Positions 1 through 11,733 of a DNA stretch of 64,000 bases are shown one piece after another. Source of the DNA: a virus; IMG/VR virus record IMGVR_UViG_3300017754_002544, positions 32,001 through 96,000 of that record; one strand, written 5' to 3'. Both the position numbers and the translations under genes were made by a program. Each line of letters begins with the position of its first letter. Position 1 is the first letter of the stretch. Below the pieces are notes generated by a model that was not told the origin of the DNA, did no database searches, and saw nothing but the letters and a program-made list of their open reading frames with translations.

Positions 1-2
1 TT

Positions 3-3000
3 GATGATACTAATAAAAGATTAGATAATGCGCTTCCAAACTATTATACCAATGAGCAAAAAAATATGTCAATTTTTGGAAGTGCTCTTACAGCTAATTT
101 TTGGGCAAATGATGTTGCTGGAGGTTTAGCTTTTGTTGGTGGAGCACTACTTCCAGAGGTAGCTATCGCATTTGCAACAGGAGGTGCTTCAATACCTGTA
201 AGTGTAGCCAAAGCTGGAGCAAGGACAGTAGCTAAAAGCTTATTCAAAGCTGGTACCAAAGAAGTTATAAAAGAAGGTGCTGAAGCGTTAGGTAGAGGAG
301 CTGTTGGAAAGCTTGATGATCTTGCTAAATATAGTAGAGCTGAAATAGGTGCTAATAGTGTAAGAGCTTTAAAAAGAGCTAACTATTTTAACACATTTGG
401 AAATGTGGCAAATACAGCTAGATTTTTAGCGCAGACTTCAAATTTTGAAGCAGGTATGGAAGCTAGACACAATTTTAGAGAAGCTGTAGATACATATTAT
501 AGTGATTTTAGGATTAAAAATGGTAGAATGCCAACATTTGAAGAGGCTAAGGATTTTACCAATACTGCCCTACAATCAGCTAATTATGTGTATGGAGCCA
601 ATCTAGCTATTCTATCGTTGTCAAATTTAGCTATGTTTGGTAAAACTTTTGGAGTCGGTACTAAAACATTAAGTAAGTTAAATAATGCTGGTAATAAGCT
701 TATTGGATTAGGCATAAAGAAACAAGCAGCTGGAATGGTTGCTTTACAAGAGGCAAATAGATTTCAAAGAATAGTTGGAAAATCTTATAAAATTTTAAGT
801 AAACCTGCTATAGAAGGTATCTACGAAGAAGGTATGCAAGGTGTCGCAGGTCAAACTATGCAAAATTACCTTAAAGCAAAATATGACCCAGATTCAGAAG
901 ATGCCTATGGATTGTGGTCATCATTCACCGATGCTATGGCCCATCAATATGGTTCGAAAGAAGGGTGGAAAGAGATGGGTATAGGAATGCTAATTGGATT
1001 TGGAGCTCCTGTAATTCAAGGACAGTCTGCACCTGGATTAATGAAAGATAGTTGGAAGTCTAGAAGAGCACAATTAGAAAAACAAGTTGAGTCAGTCAAT
1101 AAAGCTCAAGCGAATTTACATACTAGAGTTACTGATGCAAATGCTATAACTAATTTTAGTAAGGTAATGAAGAGCAAAGCTGATAAGTATGAATCTACAT
1201 CTATAGACAATGCTGTAATAGACGCTCAACATATAAAAATACAAGAACAATTAAAATCTGACAATGAAATTTTAGAAGACTTTAATTCTGTTGTAGACAA
1301 CATGCAATTAGAGGATGACCAACTTGCTGAAATTGGAGGAAGTGATAATCTAACAATGTATAAGCAGTCTCTAAAAGATGAGTTCAAAAGAAATATGGCT
1401 GACTATAGATTTGCAAGAAAAACTGTAGAATCTTTAGGCCTTGATAAAAGATTAAAAAATACTGGTAAAGGTAACGTAGGAGCAATAGCTGACGCTTTGA
1501 CTATGAATATAATGATAGGCAAAAGCTCGTTAGAATCAGCAAGAAATATAGGAAGTCAAATTGATACTTTGATAGGTTCAGAAGGAATGTTCAGTCATAT
1601 GGAGCATTATAGTAATTTGTCAAAAGATGAAATAAAAAAGACAGAGCAGTTAAAGTCTAAAAAACAAGCACTTAGTGCTGCTAAATCTAGAGCGAATAAA
1701 TACGCTATGGAATTAGCTAAAATGCCTACTGGCACATCTGAAAGCAAAACTAAGTCTAAACAAGATGCCTATAAAAGAAATAGTGAGAAAAGAGTTGCTG
1801 CTGAACAGGAAGTAATTAGGCTTACTCAAGAAATAAAAGACATAAGTAATGATTTAAAGAAGTCCTCAAAAACAAACACTTTTAATATAGACCAATTAAC
1901 ATCAGTAGATTTAAATACACATGATGTTGAAAGAATGGTCGAAGAACTAGATAAACTTGATGCATTTGTTGAATCTCTTGAGAAATCGGGTAGAAAATCA
2001 GATGCAAGAATGTTATCTGGATTAATCGAAGAATTTAAGTCTTATTCAGATGCTCATAGAGAGATGAATAACACTGTTCGAAAAATGATAGATACAGATT
2101 TTTTTGCTAGTAAAGAAGGAAAAGGATTCCAGAATTATATTTTAGGCAAAAAATACCAAATGTCTGATGAGTTTAGACAAATAATTAGAGACAATGATGC
2201 TGTAATAGATAGGTCATTAAATTTAGTTGGTATAAGAGGTCAAGAGTCTATAGAAAGAATTATTGAAGAGACTATTCAAAATAATAATGAGCTATCAGAT
2301 AGAGAAAAGTATAGATTAGAATCAATTATAAGACTTCAATTAGGATACGCAAAATTAGAGCAAAGAATAGCTGTAATTCAAGATGAAACCGAAATTTCAG
2401 TAGCAGAAGAAGAGCCATCTGGTGACCCATTAGAAGGAGATACAGTAAGACTTAAAAATAAATTAAATACTGAAGGAAAGGACTTAGGTAACTTAGAAGT
2501 AATAGATGAATTAATTTCTAAAATAACTTCTGAACTAGAGCAATTTAGACTAGGTAGAGTTGATAATAGTCTTGTAGAATCTTTAGAAAACCAACTTGAA
2601 GAGTTAAAACGTCAAAAGGAAAAGCAAACAGCAACTCCAACTTCAACAACTTTAGAACCTATAACAGAAGAAGAAAACTTATTAATTTCGGATATAGATT
2701 CTAAAATAAAAGAGTTAGAAGACGAATTAGAAAAAGCTAAGAATACAAAGTCCATAAGAATTGTTAATTCTGCTGAGTATCTTAGACTAGAAGAGCTAAA
2801 TAAAAAATTAGTTCAAGGAGTCCTGACTCCTAGTGAAATAGAGGAGCTTAAAGAGTTAGAACAAGACATAGACCAATGGATGACTATAACAGGTATAGTC
2901 GCAGAAGGATTCAGGTTAAGTGATTTAATCAAACAAAAAATAGCACTTCAGAATTCAATAATAAGACCCATAGAAAATGTTGTTACAATCACATCTCAAG

Positions 3001-4655
3001 AAGTTCTAGATTCAATAGATTTTGGAGAGAAGACTACTGCAACTAACTATTCAATAGGTCAAAGTTATGACTCTGTAACAGCTATCATGACAAAAGATAA
3101 TACAGGTAAGCCTGTTATTGAAATATCTGGAATTAATGCAAACGATTTCGCTGAAGAAGTAGGGTTTCCTTTTCCATTTAAAACAAATGATCAGAATAAT
3201 ATTTTAATTGATGAGGAAACTAGAGTACTGATAAATGAAAATAGTAACATATCAATACTGCCTACTAATAAGAACTTGACAACTAACTATAGTATAGTTT
3301 TAAAAACAACTCAAAATGTAGATGGAACTACAACTACATCACCTTTAAAGTCAAGCTTCAATAACGAGTTTACTCAACAACAATCATCTGAAATGATTTA
3401 TCTCTTAAGCAAAGGAGATGAGCTAGTACTTGAAGTAGATCCAACAGATTCATATAATGTAAAATTACTTGATGAATATAAGAAGGCAAGAACCGATAAA
3501 GCTAGAAGTAAAGCTTTAGAGAATCTCAAAAAAGGCCTTGTTATAAAAGTGAAAGACAAGAATGGAAACTTTTTAGCAGTGTTAAAAGCTAAAAGAAAAA
3601 ATGCTATAAAGAATAAGGAAGCATTAATATTTGAAGCTCTAAGAGATAAAGTTGTAGATGACGAAGGATTTATTGATATGATATCAGAAGTACCAGTAGC
3701 TCAACAACTTGATTTTGGAAGAGTGACTGTTGAAAAAGTTTACATAGGTCAGCCTAATTTTTATTTTTCTAAAAATGCTGATGGAACAGTAACTATCGAT
3801 AGCAGAGAACTAACTCCACAAGACATAGATAAAATAGATGATATAGGGTATGTTCAAAATGGTCAAGCAACGACTAGAAAAGGAATGAAGAATATTGATA
3901 TGACATTTATGAACAAAGTCATAAAATCTCCATCAGATGCTAAAGTTCCTTTTATTGTATTCACTGTTGGTAAAAATAGAATTGCATATCCGGTAAAAGT
4001 AGCTACTACTAAAATAGAAGACTTAGAAGAGTTCAGAAAAATATATGAGTCAGATACTGACATAGTTGATAAGGCAACAGCTTTAAATAACTATATGGCT
4101 AAAAAGGGTATTGACATAAAATTGCCTGGTAATTCATTTATTTCAGTTGGAGTAAACAACGTAAATGATAAGTTTTTTTCTGAGAAACTTGCACAATTGG
4201 AAAAAATTGAGTACTTTCCCAACTTGGAAAATTGGGTAAATATAAAATCTGATATGGCAATGACACTAAGTAGTGGAGTATCTATCGACATAAATTTATC
4301 TGAACCTATATTTGGTCCAAAAGTAAAAATGAATCTTTCAGAATTAGATGTAGATACTTCAGCATCGGCATTAGTGAATCTAAAAAGTCAATCTGATGCT
4401 CAAGCTGAAGCAGCGATAATTGCTGAAAGAGATGCAGCTTTAGACAAAGCTAAGACTGATTTCGAAAATGCAAAAAGGAGCAATGATCCAGATATCAATT
4501 TAGAAAAATTAGAAGAGGATTATGTAAGAACTATGTCAGAGATAAATGACATATATGAGGAAAAACTTAAATTAATAGGTACTGCAGGTACTACTATGAG
4601 AGGAGTGTCATCTCTATCTTCGTTAATAAGAAACGCTAAAAATCAAAGTTGTTAA
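3..4655 (+). CDS. Giant putative virion/ejection protein, 5'-truncated by window edge
   Basis: Frame is open from position 3 (DDTNKRLD...), upstream of the ATG at 66. Gly/Ala-rich hydrophobic N-terminal helices then long coiled coils, typical of phage internal ejected proteins. Ends ...NQSC. Confidence 0.65.
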   Translation, partial: DDTNKRLDNALPNYYTNEQKNMSIFGSALTANFWANDVAGGLAFVGGALLPEVAIAFATGGASIPVSVAKAGARTVAKSLFKAGTKEVIKEGAEALGRGAVGKLDDLAKYSRAEIGANSVRALKRANYFNTFGNVANTARFLAQTSNFEAGMEARHNFREAVDTYYSDFRIKNGRMPTFEEAKDFTNTALQSANYVYGANLAILSLSNLAMFGKTFGVGTKTLSKLNNAGNKLIGLGIKKQAAGMVALQEANRFQRIVGKSYKILSKPAIEGIYEEGMQGVAGQTMQNYLKAKYDPDSEDAYGLWSSFTDAMAHQYGSKEGWKEMGIGMLIGFGAPVIQGQSAPGLMKDSWKSRRAQLEKQVESVNKAQANLHTRVTDANAITNFSKVMKSKADKYESTSIDNAVIDAQHIKIQEQLKSDNEILEDFNSVVDNMQLEDDQLAEIGGSDNLTMYKQSLKDEFKRNMADYRFARKTVESLGLDKRLKNTGKGNVGAIADALTMNIMIGKSSLESARNIGSQIDTLIGSEGMFSHMEHYSNLSKDEIKKTEQLKSKKQALSAAKSRANKYAMELAKMPTGTSESKTKSKQDAYKRNSEKRVAAEQEVIRLTQEIKDISNDLKKSSKTNTFNIDQLTSVDLNTHDVERMVEELDKLDAFVESLEKSGRKSDARMLSGLIEEFKSYSDAHREMNNTVRKMIDTDFFASKEGKGFQNYILGKKYQMSDEFRQIIRDNDAVIDRSLNLVGIRGQESIERIIEETIQNNNELSDREKYRLESIIRLQLGYAKLEQRIAVIQDETEISVAEEEPSGDPLEGDTVRLKNKLNTEGKDLGNLEVIDELISKITSELEQFRLGRVDNSLVESLENQLEELKRQKEKQTATPTSTTLEPITEEENLLISDIDSKIKELEDELEKAKNTKSIRIVNSAEYLRLEELNKKLVQGVLTPSEIEELKELEQDIDQWMTITGIVAEGFRLSDLIKQKIALQNSIIRPIENVVTITSQEVLDSIDFGEKTTATNYSIGQSYDSVTAIMTKDNTGKPVIEISGINANDFAEEVGFPFPFKTNDQNNILIDEETRVLINENSNISILPTNKNLTTNYSIVLKTTQNVDGTTTTSPLKSSFNNEFTQQQSSEMIYLLSKGDELVLEVDPTDSYNVKLLDEYKKARTDKARSKALENLKKGLVIKVKDKNGNFLAVLKAKRKNAIKNKEALIFEALRDKVVDDEGFIDMISEVPVAQQLDFGRVTVEKVYIGQPNFYFSKNADGTVTIDSRELTPQDIDKIDDIGYVQNGQATTRKGMKNIDMTFMNKVIKSPSDAKVPFIVFTVGKNRIAYPVKVATTKIEDLEEFRKIYESDTDIVDKATALNNYMAKKGIDIKLPGNSFISVGVNNVNDKFFSEKLAQLEKIEYFPNLENWVNIKSDMAMTLSSGVSIDINLSEPIFGPKVKMNLSELDVDTSASALVNLKSQSDAQAEAAIIAERDAALDKAKTDFENAKRSNDPDINLEKLEEDYVRTMSEINDIYEEKLKLIGTAGTTMRGVSSLSSLIRNAKNQSC

Positions 4656-4659
4656 AATT

Positions 4660-7600
4660 ATGGGTTTAAAATGTAGGATATCATATTTAGATGGTAAAGC
4701 AATTGTAGTAGATGCAAGAGGAAATAGGTCTAAATTATACAATGATTTACTTGCGTACACTAACAATCAATCAGACGCATTAGATATGTGGGTTACAGCC
4801 TACTCAAGAGAGTATGGTGAAAGGGGAGAAAACACTACAGTTTTAGACTTAGTTAAATTCTTTGATAGTTTAGTAGCTTCTAATCAAGAGTTAACTCCAT
4901 CAGAAAAGTTCCAGGTTCAAGATTTTATGAGAAGAAATAACATCGTGTACCTATCGGATTTAAATAAGATAATGACTACTGTATTTAAATCTGAAGGAAT
5001 ATTCAAAGTTAATCCTGAAGCAGCAATAAGCTCCAATCTTTTTTCTCAAGAAGAGATAAGAGATTTGAATGTTGAGGACATGAAAAAACTTCTACTAAAG
5101 GTAGAGGGGCATTTGGCAAAGGAAAACTTCTCTGTAGAACCTGAAGGTACAGAATATGTATTCAAAGACTCTGCAAAGAAAAGTATATTTGGAACATACT
5201 ACAATGTATCTCAAACTGAAATAGACCAAGATATTCTAAAGGCTATAGATAACTTCACAGATGTTGAAAGCTTTTATAATGGGATAAAAACACTTCCATA
5301 CGAAGATTTTGTAAATAGGTTTCTAGAAGATGACGCATTTGCTAATGATGTCATGAATAGATTTAGTGGACTTAAAAAAATACCAAAACTATCTTTCGTA
5401 GATGGAAAATTAAGCTCTGAGAATAACAAGCTTTACACGACTATCAATAACACTATCATCTCATCAATAGACACAAAGTCTTTAGAGGTTGATATGGAGT
5501 ACTTAGATTCGATACCTGATGCAATATGGTCCGATAATTTTGAGCTTGTTAGTAATGTATTAAAAGAAGTTGAAGGTACATTTGCTAAAGCTAATATTGA
5601 TATTGTAGGAATCTCTGAACACGCAGATAAAAGAGCTCAAGTTATGGGGTTGATTTCTGCAGGTATAGAGATGGCCAACAATACTAATAAGAGTACGATA
5701 AAGAACTTTGTAGAAATTCATAAGAACTTAATTCCTTCTGAAGATACAACTATCGTAGAGAATTTACCTGAGCAATACATTGGATATAATATCGTTTCAT
5801 TGTATACGAATAAATCAGAAGCAGAGCTATTCTCAAATCATGGGCTTATAAAAGTTGGTGAGAATCTTTATCATAAAGTATCTCAGGATGCAGATATAAA
5901 TGATTTAAGAGAGTATTTATTTGATGAGATTAAAAATAAAAGATTCTCGTTACCTGAAAATTTTAGACTTGAAAAAGACTTAAACAATAAGCCTAATGTC
6001 CTAGAAGATATTTCTAGATATTTATTATCGAGAGAAGTACCTAGTGGAATAGTTAATAGAGAATTGTATTCAGGATACCAGGTGGCGTTTAACCACTTAC
6101 CTATCGAATCTAGAGAGCAAGATTTAAAATTGTTATCTTCTATTAGAACTGATGCAACTTATTTAAAGACTAGATTTGTAGCAGATTTCTATAATTACAT
6201 TCTTACTGAGAAGGCAAAGAATTCAGAAGTGTATAATTCAGTTCTTTCTAAATTTGAGATAACCGACAAAGACATCGTAATGGTTAGTCCGGTAAAATCT
6301 ATAGATGGAATTGAGTATAGCAAAGAGTTAAAAGACTACATAAAGTTACATAAGGACTCCAATATGAAATATCTAGTTGAATCTGAAGATACTATTGTGT
6401 CCGAAGATTTAATGATGATTAACTATCCTAAAAGTAAATCAGAGTTTGAAGGAGATTTTATTTTGGATGGAAAGTATGTTGTGACTAATTCTACTTCTGA
6501 CAACTTTATTAAGCTAAATAATATAATTTATAGAAAAGGATTAGAAAGAGATAATGCAGCGTTATTTGTGCAAGTAACACCTAAGACAGATAGCACATAC
6601 TATTCAACTGATATGTATTTCAATTTTGATAGATTGGAAGCAACAGCTGTTTTAGATGCTTATGGAATGCTATCACCTAATAGTGTTGATTACGCAAGAT
6701 TCAATAACGTAATAGCTAAGTCTAGATTAAATGATGAGATGTCAGTTCAGTTGAAGGACAAGTCAACATTAAAAGATAAAAGCTATACATTCTTTACAGT
6801 TAACGATGCTATTGTAGCTTATAAAGATGGGGTTAGAGTTGGAGCATTAAGATACACAAGAGTTCAAGATGGGTACGCTGATCCACAAATAACAGTATCA
6901 GAAATACATAGAGGTAAAGGTATAGGTACTGAGTTGTTCTTAAAGATGTTTGATAAAATTGGCAAAGAAGGTAAAAAACTATACATACCAGACATCAGAA
7001 CTCAACAAGCTGACAATGTTATTTCTAGATTATCTGACTTAGTTGTTAGAGAGGAAGATGGTGGATATAGATTAAAGGATGGTGAAAAAATTCAGCCTAG
7101 CACAACAAATTTTCAAGTTGTTGGATGGCATGGCTCACCTTATTCTTTTGATAGATTTACTACTGAAAAAATGGGTACAGGAGAGGGAAATCAGACTTTT
7201 GGTTGGGGATTGTATTTTACTGATTTAAAAAGTATTGCAGAGGAATATGCTACACATCTAACTAAAAGTAAAAGTTCTAGCCCATCAATATACATAAATG
7301 GAGTTTTTAATGACAAATTATTTACTAATATCGATACGGCTCTTGGGCAAGATTATCTTACAGATGGAGAATATAATGTAGATAAAATAATTTCAGATTT
7401 AAATAGTGTAATTAAAGAGACTGAAGATTCTCTTAAAAAAACAAAGGATGAGGATATAGTTAAGCAAACAAATTTATATATTAATGATTGGAAATCTGCT
7501 GTTGATACTTTAAGTAATTTAAGACAAGATACATTTAATGTAAAAAATAGAGAAGTCTTGAATAAAAATTTGTACAAAGTAACTCTCCAAAAAGGTAAAA

Positions 7601-10600
7601 ATCCATCTGAATATGATTGGTTAGAATGGGATAAACCTACTATGCGATATAAAATAATAGCAGCATTAGATGTCATAAAGAAAAAAGCAAAATCAGATGA
7701 GTCTATAAAACAAATAGAGCAAAAAATAAGTGAAGTAGAATCTGGAGCTTTTGATAGTGTAACTGGTGAAAATTTATATAAAGGATTATTTAAATCTACA
7801 TTACAAATTATTGGATTAAAAACAGATAAAGACATATCTTTAGCACTATTAGAATCTGGTTTTGATGGTATTAAATATCCTGCTGAAAGTATAGCAAGAG
7901 GCGCAACAAGTGATACAGCAAGAGGATTCAACTATGTTGTATTCGATGAAGATGCTATAACAATAGACGAACAAATAAGATTTAGTCAACAGCTTAATCC
8001 AATTCAAGAATTAGCTATTGTTCCAAGAGAAGCTTTTGGTGCTATAGTAGATAGATTAAAACAAAATGGACTTGCAAAAGATGTCATAGTAGATTCAAGT
8101 GAGTTTACTAAAGAAATAAGAAGGATAAACATTGAGGAAAGAGTAAATGCAGTAGCTTCAAATATTTCAGGATTCGTTAGAAACGATAAGGTTTACATCA
8201 ATCCAAAATTTTTAAATTTCAATACTCCAATACATGAGTATGGACATTTATGGGTAAGCTGGGCCAAGACATCAAGAAAAGATTTGTACGATAGAGGAGT
8301 TGCACTAATAAGAGATACAGAATACTTCAATGACATCGTAGAAAAATCAAAAGATAAGAATAGTGTCTACTTTGGATATACCGAAGAAAAAATAATTGAA
8401 GAAGCCTTAGCTACAGCAATTGGAAATCAAGGAGAGTCTATAGTTCAAAAGAAATATAATACTTTTCAAAATTGGCTATCTGAATTATGGGAATCTATAA
8501 AGAATGCTTTAGGAATAACTCAGTTGTCACCAAATCAGGTTTCTAATTTAACATTAGAAGAGTTCACAAATGCAGTAGCTATTGATTTGTTACGTGGAGA
8601 GAAGTTTGATACAACTACTTATACGATAACTGCATTATTAGATCCGATGCTTGTTGGTAGAGAAGGTAAACTTGTTAGCGTTCAAAGTATAGAACAAGTG
8701 CTAAAACAACCAGCAACTAAGCAAATAGAAAAAGATATTATTAAAGAAGTTTTAGATTTAGAAGGATTTAAAGGCAAAGCTAAAATACCATTTGATGATT
8801 TTTCTACAGAATTAAAAGCTAGGATAATGCCTTTAAAAGTAATTGAATCTAGAACTTATTCTGATTATGGTATAGGTAATACAGGAGTTAGTGCTGATAG
8901 AACAGTTACAAAAATATATAATACTGATTTAGACCATCAAGTAAAAGGCCATTTCTCAGGAGATTTTTCTAGTGGAGGTACAATTGATTTTGAGATAAGA
9001 GAACTTAATGGCCAGTTTGCTGTTGTAAGGGATGGTGTAGTACTAACACAAGATAACGTAACTGACAATGTATTTACAGTTGCACCTACTAGAGAAAAAG
9101 CAGAAGAGTGGATAAGATATTATCAAAAAGCGAATAGAGTAAACACTGGATTATTTGGTCATACTAGAGTTTGGTATAGTGGTGAGGACGCATTTGTAGC
9201 AGAGATACAATCTGATTCATATCAAAAGTCTAAAGCTAAGGATATGCTTCTTACAAGTTATAAGGCTAATCCAGAAACTTTAACTGAAGCACAGAAGCCT
9301 GTATATAATGAACTATTAAGAAATGATGAAATAATTCAGAAAGCAAGAAGAGGAGAGGGTGATTTTAAAGGAGTAAAAGATTTATCCGAAAATATTGTTG
9401 ATACTATAAAATATATTGGGAAATTAAAAGAAGAACTAAAAGATAAAGAAGAGGCCCTCTCTAGAAATCCAGATAACGAATATTATGTTAAAGCTGTAAG
9501 AGTATTTACTAATAGACTTAAATTATCTCAACAAAAATTAGATGGACTTGTTAAATTAGCTAAAGGAGAAGAGGTAACTTTACCTGAAGAAGTGGAGTGG
9601 AATAAAAAAGATTATCCTGGAGCTTCTATTGACCAAGTATCTGTAATAGAACTTCCTTACGATAGTATAAGTAAATTTCAAAAAAATGCTAGAAGCTATA
9701 AAATTAAAAATGGTAAACAAGAGTATACTTTATATCATGATAAGAAAAATGATTTCTTTTTTGAAAAAGATAAGTACGCATTCGATGAAAAATCAAGAGA
9801 TGAGACTTTACAATTATTTATTGAACTAGTAGATAAGACAAGTAGAGATGTAGTTATAGGAAGGGTAAATTTATCAGATGAGCCTTTGCTAGAAAAGTTA
9901 GTAAATAATATTAGTAGAAGTGGTAATAGTTTAAAAATATCTGAAGTACTTGATACGTTGGAACAAATAGTTCCAAACATAAGTAAATTAGGTATAGATA
10001 AGGCATTTAAAAGAAGAACTGAATTAAGTGTTCAAAAAGTACTTTTAGCAGATAAAGGAAAAACTAAGGAAAATCTAGCAGAAATAGATAGACAAATCAG
10101 AAGGCTTTATGAAGTTCAAATTAATGTTAGAAACAATAGAGATTACGATGCTTTGGAAGATCAAATACAAGATTTAAAGGATAAAGCAAAGGGTCCAGGA
10201 CTTTTAAGTGACGAGGATCTAGCAGAATATAATAGAATTGAAAGTGAACTTACTATACTAGAAAGGGAGCGTAAGCTCTTCATTACTAATGGCATAATTG
10301 AAGTTTTTGGTATAGATGATAACATAATTAAAAATGGAATATCAGAATTAAGGAATAATCTACCATTAGATGCTACAATAACTTTTGATGTTGAAGCAAT
10401 TGAATCATATAAATTAGAAACAGCAATTGAAGAGGAATTCTTCTCAGTAGAAGAAGCGTTTGATATTTATAAATTGACAACATTTGAGAACAATAAAGTT
10501 AATCCTGAAGCATATCTTCAATACTTTAACGCTACAAAAGACTTATCAAAAATAGAAGATAAGCTAATTGATAACGCATCTGCAAAAGATAAACAGTTCA

Positions 10601-11733
10601 TAGCTCATAGAAAAAATTATACTACAAGATTATTTAGAGAAGAGATAAGAAGAAATGCCGAGCAAGGATTTAAAAACTTACTTATACCAACTCCAAGAAC
10701 TTTAGCTTTAATTGAAGGTTATATAGATCCAGAAGCAAATGCTCCATATGATATAGTATATCAAAGAGATTATCTAAGACTTACTGAAGGAGATGCAATT
10801 AAATATGCAGATACAGAGTACGTTGTAGTTAAATCTGATGAAACATCTATAGATGTAGTTAAATCTGAAGATGTAAGTTGGGTGGATATAGATGATTATA
10901 GGTACGAAGATATTAGAAATAGAGTATCTGACGATATATATGAAATAAAAAAGAAGTTAGATTTAAATACCATTTATACAAAAGAAGAGTATAAAGCTAT
11001 AGACTTTAGGTATCCTGCGTTAGATGTATTATCTAAATTTGATGCTTCAGAAATATCAGATAGATATGATGTTGATACTTATGATGGAGGCGAAACTTGG
11101 GAAGTTAGAGATACTGAATTAATGGGTCAAGAAGGAGAAGTAGTTCAATCATTTGCAACAGAAGAGGAAGCAAGTAGATATGCATCTGATTTAAATCAAG
11201 TGTATAATTTTGATGAAGATGCAGTAGAGGATTTTTTAATGGACTACTATGAAGAGACAACTTCAAATGGAGCTGAGTTTATGGAAGACTTTGGATATAC
11301 AGTATGGTATGAAAGTGGTTCACAAGCTCTAGTTTCTTTTGATTGGGGAATTCAATCTGAGAGCTTTAATCAACCTGATGGATATCAAGGATCAGCAGAT
11401 ATTGACTCATTTAATCCAGAAGATTTATCTGATGAACAACAAACTATTATAAGAAAGTACGATGAGCTTGTAGACATGTTCAAAAAAGAAAGACCTGACT
11501 ACGAGATTAGAACAGACAATGATGGAAATGAATGGTACCAGACAAAACTTACAGAAGAAGATGGTAAAAAACCTGTTGTAGTATTCCAAGAAGCTGTGAC
11601 AAAAAAACAATCTCCTATGAAAAGTATAGAAAATGTATCATCTATTTTTGATTCTCAATTAGAATTATTAGATTTGTACTCTTCCAATGAAGAATCTGAA
11701 ATTCTTAAAGAAATAGATAGCTGTGGAATATAA
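4660..11733 (+). CDS. Large polyvalent protein (GNAT + ART-like + HExxH metallopeptidase + EIQSD domain), probably virion-injected
   Basis: 2357 aa. HRGKGIGTELF (GNAT motif A); WHGSP...GEGNQTFGWGLYFT...GFDGIKY...NYVVFD (polyvalent ART-like); TPIHEYGHLW...EEALA (MPTase); GHTRV...AEIQSD. Confidence 0.75.
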   Translation: MGLKCRISYLDGKAIVVDARGNRSKLYNDLLAYTNNQSDALDMWVTAYSREYGERGENTTVLDLVKFFDSLVASNQELTPSEKFQVQDFMRRNNIVYLSDLNKIMTTVFKSEGIFKVNPEAAISSNLFSQEEIRDLNVEDMKKLLLKVEGHLAKENFSVEPEGTEYVFKDSAKKSIFGTYYNVSQTEIDQDILKAIDNFTDVESFYNGIKTLPYEDFVNRFLEDDAFANDVMNRFSGLKKIPKLSFVDGKLSSENNKLYTTINNTIISSIDTKSLEVDMEYLDSIPDAIWSDNFELVSNVLKEVEGTFAKANIDIVGISEHADKRAQVMGLISAGIEMANNTNKSTIKNFVEIHKNLIPSEDTTIVENLPEQYIGYNIVSLYTNKSEAELFSNHGLIKVGENLYHKVSQDADINDLREYLFDEIKNKRFSLPENFRLEKDLNNKPNVLEDISRYLLSREVPSGIVNRELYSGYQVAFNHLPIESREQDLKLLSSIRTDATYLKTRFVADFYNYILTEKAKNSEVYNSVLSKFEITDKDIVMVSPVKSIDGIEYSKELKDYIKLHKDSNMKYLVESEDTIVSEDLMMINYPKSKSEFEGDFILDGKYVVTNSTSDNFIKLNNIIYRKGLERDNAALFVQVTPKTDSTYYSTDMYFNFDRLEATAVLDAYGMLSPNSVDYARFNNVIAKSRLNDEMSVQLKDKSTLKDKSYTFFTVNDAIVAYKDGVRVGALRYTRVQDGYADPQITVSEIHRGKGIGTELFLKMFDKIGKEGKKLYIPDIRTQQADNVISRLSDLVVREEDGGYRLKDGEKIQPSTTNFQVVGWHGSPYSFDRFTTEKMGTGEGNQTFGWGLYFTDLKSIAEEYATHLTKSKSSSPSIYINGVFNDKLFTNIDTALGQDYLTDGEYNVDKIISDLNSVIKETEDSLKKTKDEDIVKQTNLYINDWKSAVDTLSNLRQDTFNVKNREVLNKNLYKVTLQKGKNPSEYDWLEWDKPTMRYKIIAALDVIKKKAKSDESIKQIEQKISEVESGAFDSVTGENLYKGLFKSTLQIIGLKTDKDISLALLESGFDGIKYPAESIARGATSDTARGFNYVVFDEDAITIDEQIRFSQQLNPIQELAIVPREAFGAIVDRLKQNGLAKDVIVDSSEFTKEIRRINIEERVNAVASNISGFVRNDKVYINPKFLNFNTPIHEYGHLWVSWAKTSRKDLYDRGVALIRDTEYFNDIVEKSKDKNSVYFGYTEEKIIEEALATAIGNQGESIVQKKYNTFQNWLSELWESIKNALGITQLSPNQVSNLTLEEFTNAVAIDLLRGEKFDTTTYTITALLDPMLVGREGKLVSVQSIEQVLKQPATKQIEKDIIKEVLDLEGFKGKAKIPFDDFSTELKARIMPLKVIESRTYSDYGIGNTGVSADRTVTKIYNTDLDHQVKGHFSGDFSSGGTIDFEIRELNGQFAVVRDGVVLTQDNVTDNVFTVAPTREKAEEWIRYYQKANRVNTGLFGHTRVWYSGEDAFVAEIQSDSYQKSKAKDMLLTSYKANPETLTEAQKPVYNELLRNDEIIQKARRGEGDFKGVKDLSENIVDTIKYIGKLKEELKDKEEALSRNPDNEYYVKAVRVFTNRLKLSQQKLDGLVKLAKGEEVTLPEEVEWNKKDYPGASIDQVSVIELPYDSISKFQKNARSYKIKNGKQEYTLYHDKKNDFFFEKDKYAFDEKSRDETLQLFIELVDKTSRDVVIGRVNLSDEPLLEKLVNNISRSGNSLKISEVLDTLEQIVPNISKLGIDKAFKRRTELSVQKVLLADKGKTKENLAEIDRQIRRLYEVQINVRNNRDYDALEDQIQDLKDKAKGPGLLSDEDLAEYNRIESELTILERERKLFITNGIIEVFGIDDNIIKNGISELRNNLPLDATITFDVEAIESYKLETAIEEEFFSVEEAFDIYKLTTFENNKVNPEAYLQYFNATKDLSKIEDKLIDNASAKDKQFIAHRKNYTTRLFREEIRRNAEQGFKNLLIPTPRTLALIEGYIDPEANAPYDIVYQRDYLRLTEGDAIKYADTEYVVVKSDETSIDVVKSEDVSWVDIDDYRYEDIRNRVSDDIYEIKKKLDLNTIYTKEEYKAIDFRYPALDVLSKFDASEISDRYDVDTYDGGETWEVRDTELMGQEGEVVQSFATEEEASRYASDLNQVYNFDEDAVEDFLMDYYEETTSNGAEFMEDFGYTVWYESGSQALVSFDWGIQSESFNQPDGYQGSADIDSFNPEDLSDEQQTIIRKYDELVDMFKKERPDYEIRTDNDGNEWYQTKLTEEDGKKPVVVFQEAVTKKQSPMKSIENVSSIFDSQLELLDLYSSNEESEILKEIDSCGI

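Noticed and set aside
7353-7931. 192-aa antisense ORF and the other opposite-strand ORFs in the track
   Set aside because: They are shadows of long sense genes with Ser/Leu/Phe-rich composition and no motifs.
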